This document shows positions 21,602 through 28,671 of a DNA stretch of 32,000 nt, in pieces (the first letter of the stretch is position 1; each line of letters opens with the position of its first letter). The stretch comes from Bifidobacterium longum subsp. longum JCM 1217 (GTDB lineage: Bacteria; Actinomycetota; Actinomycetes; Actinomycetales; Bifidobacteriaceae). Under the pieces are notes generated by a model, which ran no database searches, was not told the origin of the DNA, and worked only from the letters and a program-made list of their open reading frames with translations. A program made the position numbers and the translations under genes. The DNA is taken from NCBI RefSeq assembly GCF_000196555.1, contig NC_015067.1:1380001-1412000 (forward strand), given 5' to 3'.

Positions 21602-22444
21602 ATGCTCCGGTCACGTATGCCATTGGTTGTCACGATGTCAAATTATGGGTTCTTGGAAAGATTCCCCGCGAACGTCCAGATTGGCTGGAATCCGCCGAGT
21701 ATATTGGTGGACGTGATACTTGACCGACATAGCCGACTCAAAACCTCCGATCTGCAAGCCCGTCTCAAAGCGTTGGATCTTCCGGGAGGCACCTTCACTC
21801 CCGAACAGGTCGTTGAATTCGTTGACCTCATGCAGGTGTATGAAGGCGCGATGTACGAGATCAGCACCAAACTGGAGATTCTCGACGACGAGTTCCAGGT
21901 GCGGTTCAGCCATGACCCGATACATCATATGGAACGCCGTCTGAAGTCGGTGAGCTCGATCATCGGCAAACTGGAGCGCAAGGGTCTGCCGATCGGCGTC
22001 AATTCGATTAAGGACAATCTGTTCGATGTGGCCGGCATCCGCGTGATCTGTAATTACCGCGACGACGTGTATTCCGTGTCCAACTATCTGTCGTCGCAGT
22101 CCGATATTCAGGTGCTGCGCGTCAAGGATTACATCAAGAACCCGAAACAGAACGGGTATCGTTCATTGCACGTAATCTACGCGGTGCCCGTGTTCCTCTC
22201 CTCGGGCGCGCATTACACGCCGGTGGAGGTGCAGTTCCGCACCATCGCCATGGATTATTGGGCGTCGCTGGAGCATGCGCTGCGCTACAAGACCGATTTG
22301 CCGGACAACAAGCTCGCCGAGCATTCCCAGACGCTGCTCGACTGCGCGCGCTCATTGCAGAACATCGAGGTACAGATGCAGAACATCCACCGCGACATCA
22401 ACGGCGCGCCGCAAGTGGGCGAAGCGCCTAAGACCTCGGACTGA
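21602..22444 (+). CDS. RelA/SpoT-domain small alarmone synthetase (RelQ/RelP-like GTP pyrophosphokinase)
   Basis: AGIRVICNYRDDV.., NGYRSLHVIY.., VEVQFRTIAMDYWASLEH are synthetase-domain motifs. Start is uncertain: ATG 21602, ATG 21635, or in-frame TTG/GTG at 21704-21715. The longest option leaves only 29 nt to the divergent miaB start. Confidence 0.85.
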   Translation: MLRSRMPLVVTMSNYGFLERFPANVQIGWNPPSILVDVILDRHSRLKTSDLQARLKALDLPGGTFTPEQVVEFVDLMQVYEGAMYEISTKLEILDDEFQVRFSHDPIHHMERRLKSVSSIIGKLERKGLPIGVNSIKDNLFDVAGIRVICNYRDDVYSVSNYLSSQSDIQVLRVKDYIKNPKQNGYRSLHVIYAVPVFLSSGAHYTPVEVQFRTIAMDYWASLEHALRYKTDLPDNKLAEHSQTLLDCARSLQNIEVQMQNIHRDINGAPQVGEAPKTSD

Positions 22445-22453
22445 GGTGCTATG

Positions 22454-22474
22454 GAATCGGCCTGCGGCCGATTC
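22454..22474. terminator. Hairpin between convergent alarmone synthetase and EamA genes
   Basis: gaatcggcc tgc ggccgattc, a perfect 9-bp stem lying between the two stops. No strong T-run on either side. Confidence 0.55.
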
Positions 22475-22476
22475 AT

Positions 22477-23517
22477 TCACCGTTGCGGCCACTTCGGCAG
22501 CCTGGCCGGCGCTTGGGCCAGTAGGGTGCCGAGGAAGATGAGGGCGCAGCCGAGGTAGCCGCGCGGGGTCATCACTTCACCGAGAAGCAACGCACCGCCT
22601 ACCGCCGAGAAGAACGATTCGAGGCTCATCAGCAGGCTGGCTCGCGTCGGTGGCACCCATTGCTGGCCGACCACCTGCAAGGTGTACGCGATGCCCACCG
22701 AGCCGATGCCGGCGTACAGAATCGGAATCCAGGAATGAGCAGCGCCGGCCCAGTCGACCGAGCCTTCGATCAGCGAACCCGCCCAGCTCAGCACGGCGGT
22801 GGTGCAGAACTGGCCGAATGAAAGCTTGATGGCGTCCACGGTGCCGCCCAAAGTATCGATCACCAGAATATGCACGGCGAACAGCACGGCCGTGAACACG
22901 AGCAGGATATCCGCCAGGCCGATCGAACCGAAACCATCGGTGATGCACAGCAGATAGAAGCCGGCGATGGACAGCGCCACGGCCACGAACACCAGCATGC
23001 CGATGCGCCGGCGCAGGAACACGAAGGCCAGCAACGGCACCATCACGATGTACATGGCGGTCAGGAATCCCGCACGGCCGGCCGATTTGCCGTACAGAAT
23101 GCCATACTGCTGCAGGGTGCTGGCGGTGAACAGCACGATGCCGCAGATCACGGAAATGACCACCGGGTTGGCGAGCAATCGCGCCACGGCCGAATCGGGC
23201 TTGTTCGCATTCAGCTTGGCACCGGTGATGGTAACGACGTCGGATGCACCGTTCGATGCGGCATCTGTGGAGACGGCCACGGATGCCTCGGTCCCAACGA
23301 CATCGGCCCCGGCTGTATCGCCCTTATCCGCGCTCCCCCGGCCACGCATCCACAGCAGAATCGGCACCAAAGACAGTGCTCCCAGCGTGAAGCGCGCGGC
23401 GTTGAAGAACATCGGCGACATCGAATCCATGCCCTGGACCTGCGCCACGAACGCAAAACCCCAGATCAGCGCGGTCAACAACAGGCTCAGCATGCCTACG
23501 AGTTCTTGTCTTTTCAC
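22477..23517 (-). CDS. EamA/DMT-superfamily transporter
   Basis: Ten-TM-like hydrophobic profile with LTALIWGFAFVAQ near the N-terminus. A hydrophilic insert of about 60 aa follows the second helix. GTG 23515-23517 (VKRQELVGML..) is preferred because the longer ORF would run into the upstream terminator hairpin. ATG 23493 is an alternative. Confidence 0.8.
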   Translation of the reverse strand: MKRQELVGMLSLLLTALIWGFAFVAQVQGMDSMSPMFFNAARFTLGALSLVPILLWMRGRGSADKGDTAGADVVGTEASVAVSTDAASNGASDVVTITGAKLNANKPDSAVARLLANPVVISVICGIVLFTASTLQQYGILYGKSAGRAGFLTAMYIVMVPLLAFVFLRRRIGMLVFVAVALSIAGFYLLCITDGFGSIGLADILLVFTAVLFAVHILVIDTLGGTVDAIKLSFGQFCTTAVLSWAGSLIEGSVDWAGAAHSWIPILYAGIGSVGIAYTLQVVGQQWVPPTRASLLMSLESFFSAVGGALLLGEVMTPRGYLGCALIFLGTLLAQAPARLPKWPQR

Positions 23518-23552
23518 GGGGAGCCAGCCTAACGTGCGAATGTGACAGACAT

Positions 23553-23582
23553 GAAAAAGCCCGGCCACAATGTGGTCGGGCT
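23553..23582 (-). terminator. Intrinsic terminator of the Bax-inhibitor-1 family gene
   Basis: Minus strand: agcccgaccac att gtggccgggct followed by ttttt. Confidence 0.75.
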
Positions 23583-23632
23583 GTGACGTTTGACGGGCAG
23601 GCTACATGCCGCTCGCCAATCGGCTGTCGAGG

Positions 23633-24532
23633 CTAGTCCCTGTTGCCGAGCAGCTGCAGGATGTACAGGAACATGTTCACGAAGTCGAGGTACAGGTTCA
23701 GGGCGCACAGGATGGAGATCTTCTTGACCATTTCCGGGCCCTGGGCCTCGTATTCGGTCAGCAGCGCGCGCGTGGACTGCGCGTCGTAGATGGTCATGCC
23801 GGCGAACAGGATCAGGCCGATGGCGCAGACGATCTTGGTCATGCCGTCGACCTGCACGAAGGCGAGCACGATCTGCGAGATGATGAGCACAATCAGGCCG
23901 ATCATCAGGATCGGGCCGGCCTTGAGCATGTTGAACTTGGTAGTCATGCCGAACATGGTCAGCGCAAAGAAGAACGCGGCGGTGACACCGAGTGCCACGC
24001 CGATCGAGCCGAGGTCGTAGACCATGAAGATCGAGCTCAAGGTGAAGCCCATCAATGCGGCGTACACATAGAACATGACGCGCGCGGTGGCCGACTTCAT
24101 CTTGGTGACGCGCATGCCGAGCACCACGGCCAGGGCAATCTGCACCACGCACAGGCCGATGAGGCCCACCATGCCGGTGGCCATGAGGAAGCTGTAGTAG
24201 GCTCCAGTGATCTGGCCGAGCACGGCGACCACGGCGGTGACGAGGATGCCGATGGTCATCTCGCCGTACACCTTGGTCACTGAGACTCGGCGGGCTTCCT
24301 CATAGTTGTAGGTCATCGTCGTGTTGATGGTGGCCGCACCCGCACCGGCACCAGTACCCTGCGGCACGTATTGGTAGGTGGGAGCGCCCTGCGGCTGGGC
24401 ATAGTAGTTCTGGCCGTAACCGGACTGTGCGTATTGCTGGCCATATCCAGACTGTTGGGCGGCGTTGTAATCAGGCGTGTTGTATTGCGGGTTGTATTGC
24501 CCGTTGTTCTGGGGCTGCTGACCGAATGTCAT
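23633..24532 (-). CDS. Bax inhibitor-1/YccA (TMBIM) family membrane protein with Q/Y/G-rich N-terminal extension
   Basis: Seven-TM core ending ..ILCALNLYLDFVNMFLYILQLLG (typical BI-1 C-terminus). The N-terminal ~65 aa read QQPQNNGQYNPQYN..GYGQQYAQSGYGQNYY. AAGGAG precedes ATG 24530-24532. Confidence 0.88.
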   Translation of the reverse strand: MTFGQQPQNNGQYNPQYNTPDYNAAQQSGYGQQYAQSGYGQNYYAQPQGAPTYQYVPQGTGAGAGAATINTTMTYNYEEARRVSVTKVYGEMTIGILVTAVVAVLGQITGAYYSFLMATGMVGLIGLCVVQIALAVVLGMRVTKMKSATARVMFYVYAALMGFTLSSIFMVYDLGSIGVALGVTAAFFFALTMFGMTTKFNMLKAGPILMIGLIVLIISQIVLAFVQVDGMTKIVCAIGLILFAGMTIYDAQSTRALLTEYEAQGPEMVKKISILCALNLYLDFVNMFLYILQLLGNRD

Positions 24533-24712
24533 AATCGCTCCTTTAGCGTTTGTTCCAGTACCAATCTTAGAGGAACAAAGCTGAACATTCCATGAATATG
24601 ATCGATCGGCTCGTTCTGCTCATCTCAAAGCGTAACGGGCGTTTCCACCATGCGCGTGGCATGCACTTGAGATTCGATTGACATTCGATCGCAGCTTGGA
24701 CCGCCGCGCGAT

Positions 24713-25573
24713 TCACTGCAACGTGAAGGTATGCGTCACCTTGGTGTCTTGATCCGTTGATAGGAACGCAGTGACATCCACCGTAATCGGCGAATCGTCT
24801 TGCAGCACATAGCCCAGCGTCACCGTTGCCGCGGTCCCGGGCTGTGCTTGGGCCAAATACGAATTCGCGTCATAGCCTTCAGGCTGATCGAAGTATACTG
24901 CCGTCTCCAGTTCGGTGCCGTTCTGGAACACGTTCGGGTGAGCCAAAGTGGCGAACGAGTTGTTCTTGGACGTGTTGTTCGTCCATTCATAAGTCACCAG
25001 AGCGGTGGGCTTGCCGTTATAGTCGTTGACGCTTTTCACGGCGGAGACTATTTTCACGTGGGCACCTTCGATATCACCTTCCAAATCCTGCTCGCCCTGC
25101 GCTTTCTGCTCGGATGCCTTGCTCTTGGAGGCATCAGACGATTTGCCCGCGGACTTTGATGATGAGGATTGTGACGTGTCGATGCCCTTGGACTCCTTAA
25201 TGGAATCGTCAATGGCCTTGCTGGCAGCGGACTGCATGGCCAGCGTGATCACAATGGCCAACACCGACAGCACCGCCGCCACAATGGACAGCACCTTGCC
25301 GCGTTTCTTGCCCCGGAAGGTGCCCACTATGGCGATAATCGCCAGTATGACGCCGATGAAGCCAAGGATTGCGGCGATATTGTTGACGATGGGAATAAAA
25401 CTCAGCACCAAACCCAACGCGCCAAACACCACGGCCGCGATGCCGCAGATGGTGGTATGCAGATGTTGCGGTTGCGGCGGCTGAGGCTGAGGCTGTTGTG
25501 GCTGGTACTGCTGTGGCTGGTACTGCTGTGGGGATGAGGGAACCGGCTGCGGGGCGATGTTGTGGTTGGACAT
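24713..25573 (-). CDS. Membrane protein: P/Q-rich N-terminus, two TM helices (DUF4190-like), Ser/Lys-rich linker, extracellular DUF4352-like beta domain
   Basis: ATG 25571-25573 is preceded by GAAGGAG. Sequence shows ..QQYQPQQYQPQQPQPQPP.., TM helices ICGIAAVVFGALGLVLSFIPIV / ILGFIGVILAIIAIVG, and a C-terminus ..VKIVSAVKSVNDYNGKPTALVTYEWTNNT..ATVTLGYVL typical of DUF4352. Confidence 0.75.
   Translation of the reverse strand: MSNHNIAPQPVPSSPQQYQPQQYQPQQPQPQPPQPQHLHTTICGIAAVVFGALGLVLSFIPIVNNIAAILGFIGVILAIIAIVGTFRGKKRGKVLSIVAAVLSVLAIVITLAMQSAASKAIDDSIKESKGIDTSQSSSSKSAGKSSDASKSKASEQKAQGEQDLEGDIEGAHVKIVSAVKSVNDYNGKPTALVTYEWTNNTSKNNSFATLAHPNVFQNGTELETAVYFDQPEGYDANSYLAQAQPGTAATVTLGYVLQDDSPITVDVTAFLSTDQDTKVTHTFTLQ
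25497..25526. repeat. Perfect 15-nt tandem duplication inside the DUF4352-like gene
   Basis: tgtggctggtactgc occurs twice (25497-25511, 25512-25526), encoding QQYQP QQYQP on the minus strand. The adjacent ggctga ggctga ggctg (25479-25495) encodes the PQ run. Confidence 0.9.
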
Positions 25574-25653
25574 GATGTGCTCCTTCTCGTATTCTTCCCC
25601 GAAATAGGGATGTGAGCACGACGCTACCGGCCGCGAAACAGCGACGTTAGTGG

Positions 25654-25682
25654 ACGAACGGTCATTGTTCGTTGCCTGTTCG
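25654..25682. promoter_or_regulatory. Inverted plus direct hexamer repeats in the divergent promoter region (candidate response-regulator site)
   Basis: acgaac ggtcatt gttcgt (25654-25672) followed by a second tgttcg at 25677-25682. The hexamer centres are about 11 nt apart. Confidence 0.3.
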
Positions 25683-25755
25683 GGCAATACGGAGGTGATA
25701 ACGGTGCCCGCATGTCCAGTGGCGGGGGCCGGATGCAGGTCATACAGTGGAAAGC

Positions 25756-27141
25756 ATGACGAACCCACAACGCGCCGCCGGGCCATACCCCGGTTTCCGA
25801 CCCGGCTCACGGCCTGACGCTCGCCCTATGCCCGGCACGGGGTCCCCGGTTCCTACACCGGATACGGACGAGGTGCCCGTGACTACGCGCGTATGGTGTT
25901 CGGTCGTTATGGTGCCATTGGCCAGTTTCATGTGCATGGCGCAAACCTCGTTCTTCGCCCAGAATTTTGCGCAGGATTCCGCAGGATACACGCTGATGGT
26001 CCTCTGCACCTTGCTGGCATTCCCGGCAGGGTTCCTGCTCTTGGCCCGCAGCGAATACCCGGAGGCGACGTTCTGGATCGCCTGCGCGCTGGTGGTCGTG
26101 TTCCCGTATGACTCGCTCATCGCACTGATGGCGATGACCTCATTGCTCGCCCGTCGTTCAAACCGGAACACGACCATCCGCGCCACGGTTGGCGGCACCA
26201 TCGTGACGCTCATCTCCCAGCTCCGCGACGCCCTGCAACAGCCCAAAGCCTCGATTTGGCATCTGATTTTCGCTCAACCGCATACCGGCGGCGATTCAGG
26301 CTCCCCGATGGTGATGCTGGTGGAGGAGCCGACCGTCATCATCACCGCCACGGTGGCCTCACTGGTGTTCGTGACCATCGCTACGCTCATCGGCCTGCAT
26401 ATCCGTTCGCGCGCCCGCCTGCGCACGGCGAATGCGGTGGCCAGCGCGGCCACCACGCATGCCGCGACCCTGCAGACCGACCTGACCAACCAGCAGCTCG
26501 CCGACGCCATCGCAGCCGAAGCGCACGACACCCTCGCGCATTCCCTGTCCCTGATGGCCCTGAACGCCAGCGCGCTCAAGGCGGAGGCGGCCAAGCTCGG
26601 CGACTCCCCCGAAGCGCAATCGTTGGCGGATAAGGCCGAGGACATCCGTCGGCAGTCGGCCGGGGCATTGGACGAGGCCCACTCGATCATCGACATGCTG
26701 CGCAACCCGCACCAGGCATGGGAGCAGCTCGCCCCGTCCGACGACACGTCGCTGACCCGCGAATCGCTGGATGCGCTGATTGCGGACACGCGCAACTCGG
26801 GCACGTCGCTCAACACCTGGATCGATATCCAGCAGCTGAGCGTGATGGATGAGTCAATCGGCAAGGTGGCCTACCGCGCGATCCAGGAGGGATTGACGAA
26901 CGCGCGGCGGCACGCGCCCGGAGCGCCGGTGTCGTTGGAGGTCTCCGCCACGCCGCAGGCGGGCGTACATATCCATATCAGCAATCCGATCGCCACGGAT
27001 GCGACCGAGACGCAGCGGGCCCATGGGGCCGGACTGCCTGGTTTGGCAGCGCGCGTGCACTCGGTCAACGGGCAATGCCGGTATGGGATGGACGATCGGC
27101 ACCTGTTCCATGTCGACGTGCAACTGCCTTGGCGCAGCTAA
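25756..27141 (+). CDS. Sensor histidine kinase, HisKA_3 (NarX/DesK-like) class, multi-TM N-terminus
   Basis: H-box AAEAHDTLAHSLSLMAL, N-box AIQEGLTNARRHAP and G-box GAGLPGLAARV. About five hydrophobic helices precede them. ATG 25756 (MTNPQR) follows GGAAAG. Confidence 0.88.
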   Translation: MTNPQRAAGPYPGFRPGSRPDARPMPGTGSPVPTPDTDEVPVTTRVWCSVVMVPLASFMCMAQTSFFAQNFAQDSAGYTLMVLCTLLAFPAGFLLLARSEYPEATFWIACALVVVFPYDSLIALMAMTSLLARRSNRNTTIRATVGGTIVTLISQLRDALQQPKASIWHLIFAQPHTGGDSGSPMVMLVEEPTVIITATVASLVFVTIATLIGLHIRSRARLRTANAVASAATTHAATLQTDLTNQQLADAIAAEAHDTLAHSLSLMALNASALKAEAAKLGDSPEAQSLADKAEDIRRQSAGALDEAHSIIDMLRNPHQAWEQLAPSDDTSLTRESLDALIADTRNSGTSLNTWIDIQQLSVMDESIGKVAYRAIQEGLTNARRHAPGAPVSLEVSATPQAGVHIHISNPIATDATETQRAHGAGLPGLAARVHSVNGQCRYGMDDRHLFHVDVQLPWRS

Positions 27142-27142
27142 G

Positions 27143-27901
27143 ATGGCTAGCGTGAGTGAGAAGAACGGGAATAGTGTGTCTGGTGGAAAGCCCGAACGCG
27201 GCGGTCTGACCGGAAGCGGCACCGGCTTAGAGCCCAAGCCGATCCGGGTCAGCGTCATCGATGACGATCCGATGATCTGCCAGGCGATGAGCCTGATCCT
27301 CAACGATTATTCCCACGGGCGCATCGAAGTCGTCTCCACGTCCACCGATGGCGAGACCTGCGTGAGGCGGGCTGCCGAGGAAAAGCCGGATGTGGTGCTG
27401 ATGGACATCGCCATGCCCGGCGTGGACGGCATCGAGGCGACCCGTCTGCTGCGCTCGCTCTCCCCCGCGCCGCACGTGCTGATCCTGACCTCGTTGAGTC
27501 CGTCCGGCACCGTGGAACGCGCGGTGGAGGCGGGCGCCGAGGGGTTCGTGTCGAAAACCGATGCGGCGGACGATATCATCCGCCGCATCATCGGGGTATG
27601 CGAGGGCGCGCCGCAGTTCAACACGGCCAGTCAGAAACAGCTGATCGACGATCTGAGCGTCACGCGGCCGCGTTCGCGCCGCGATGAGGCGCGCGCCCTG
27701 CTCGACGCGCTGCCCGACCGCGAGCGCGAGGCCGTGATGCTGGCGGCCGAGGGCTATACGAACGCCGAAATCGCCTCCCGCATGTTCATTTCGGAGCGTA
27801 CGGCGAAGGCGCATCTTTCTTCCGCGGCGAACAAGCTCGACATGGGCCGCGTGCAGATGGCGCGGCTGGTGGAGCGGGCCGATCTGCCGGCGCGGCTGTA
27901 A
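27143..27901 (+). CDS. Response regulator, NarL/LuxR family
   Basis: The receiver domain has RVSVIDDDPMI, DVVLMDIAMPGVDG and ILTS. The C-terminal GerE HTH reads LPDREREAVMLAAEGYTNAEIASRMFISERTAKAHLSSAANKL. The ATG lies 1 nt after the kinase stop. Confidence 0.9.
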   Translation: MASVSEKNGNSVSGGKPERGGLTGSGTGLEPKPIRVSVIDDDPMICQAMSLILNDYSHGRIEVVSTSTDGETCVRRAAEEKPDVVLMDIAMPGVDGIEATRLLRSLSPAPHVLILTSLSPSGTVERAVEAGAEGFVSKTDAADDIIRRIIGVCEGAPQFNTASQKQLIDDLSVTRPRSRRDEARALLDALPDREREAVMLAAEGYTNAEIASRMFISERTAKAHLSSAANKLDMGRVQMARLVERADLPARL

Positions 27902-27940
27902 GTCGTCCGGTTGTTGAGCCGTATCAGTCATAATGGGAAT

Positions 27941-28582
27941 ATGAGTGAAGCGATTATTCGAACATTACGTAGGGATGACTATCCGGCGCTGATCGACCTG
28001 GTGCGCCGCACCTGGTATGCCGAATTCGATGAGCGGACCGGTCTGCTGGCGGCCGAAGCGGACTGGGAGAACTGTCTGGCGCGCACCACCAACGCGTTCG
28101 TCGCCGAACTGGACGGCCAGCCGGTCGCCCTGATCGTGGGGCGCGTCGATGCGCTGGACCATCGGAGCCCGCTCAACTCGCATCGGATCAACTCGTGGAA
28201 CGCGCTGGCGCGGCTCGTGTTCGCGAAGGGCGGAATCAAGGCCGCCGGCGAGATTCTGGGCATTCTCGGCATCGACAAACGGCTGCGCGCCCAGGCCGCG
28301 AGCGCCGGGCATGACTATGCGGCGGAAGTGGTGCTGTTCGTACTTGACCCGGCGGCGCGCGGCCACGGGCTGGGCCGGCGCATGTTCGAGACGCTGATGG
28401 ACGCGTTCCGCCTGGCCGGCGTGCGCGACTACTTCCTGTTCACGGACACCACATGCGATGTCGGGTTCTATGTGCATCGCGGCCTGACGCAGGTGTGCGA
28501 GCAGTCACTGCCCGCATCCGTGCCGGGAGAAAACCCGTCTTCGTTCTACTTGTATGAGGGGTCGGTGCCCGAGCCGGCGTGA
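27941..28582 (+). CDS. GNAT-family N-acetyltransferase
   Basis: IRTLRRDDYPALIDL.. and acetyl-CoA motif A ..VLDPAARGHGLGRRMFETLMDAF.. ATG 27941 lies 39 nt after the regulator stop. Confidence 0.8.
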   Translation: MSEAIIRTLRRDDYPALIDLVRRTWYAEFDERTGLLAAEADWENCLARTTNAFVAELDGQPVALIVGRVDALDHRSPLNSHRINSWNALARLVFAKGGIKAAGEILGILGIDKRLRAQAASAGHDYAAEVVLFVLDPAARGHGLGRRMFETLMDAFRLAGVRDYFLFTDTTCDVGFYVHRGLTQVCEQSLPASVPGENPSSFYLYEGSVPEPA

Positions 28583-28626
28583 TGTGCCCGCCGTCGGGCA
28601 AACACTGGTAGGCTTGAGCACAAGTT

Positions 28627-28642
28627 GGTATGCCGGCATACC
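28627..28642. promoter_or_regulatory. Perfect 16-bp palindrome upstream of the DUF262 gene
   Basis: ggtatgcc ggcatacc, 30 nt upstream of ATG 28672. Confidence 0.4.
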
Positions 28643-28671
28643 GTCCACAGGCCGGCGACGAAGGGGCTGAC

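Noticed and set aside
20040-21716. 558-aa plus-strand ORF across miaB
   Set aside because: Antisense shadow ORF of miaB, with no motifs and an R/G/A/H-rich composition.
21602-22444. Possibility that the small alarmone synthetase is a toxSAS toxin of a toxin-antitoxin pair
   Set aside because: No small co-oriented ORF lies immediately up- or downstream (miaB is divergent, the EamA gene convergent). The motifs look like housekeeping RelQ/RelP-type enzymes. It is kept only as a start-site and promoter curiosity.
22870-24283. Plus-strand ORFs 22870-23532, 22967-23545 and 23606-24283
   Set aside because: Antisense to the EamA and BI-1 membrane-protein genes. Their H/D/G/Q-rich translations are typical antisense products of hydrophobic high-G+C genes.
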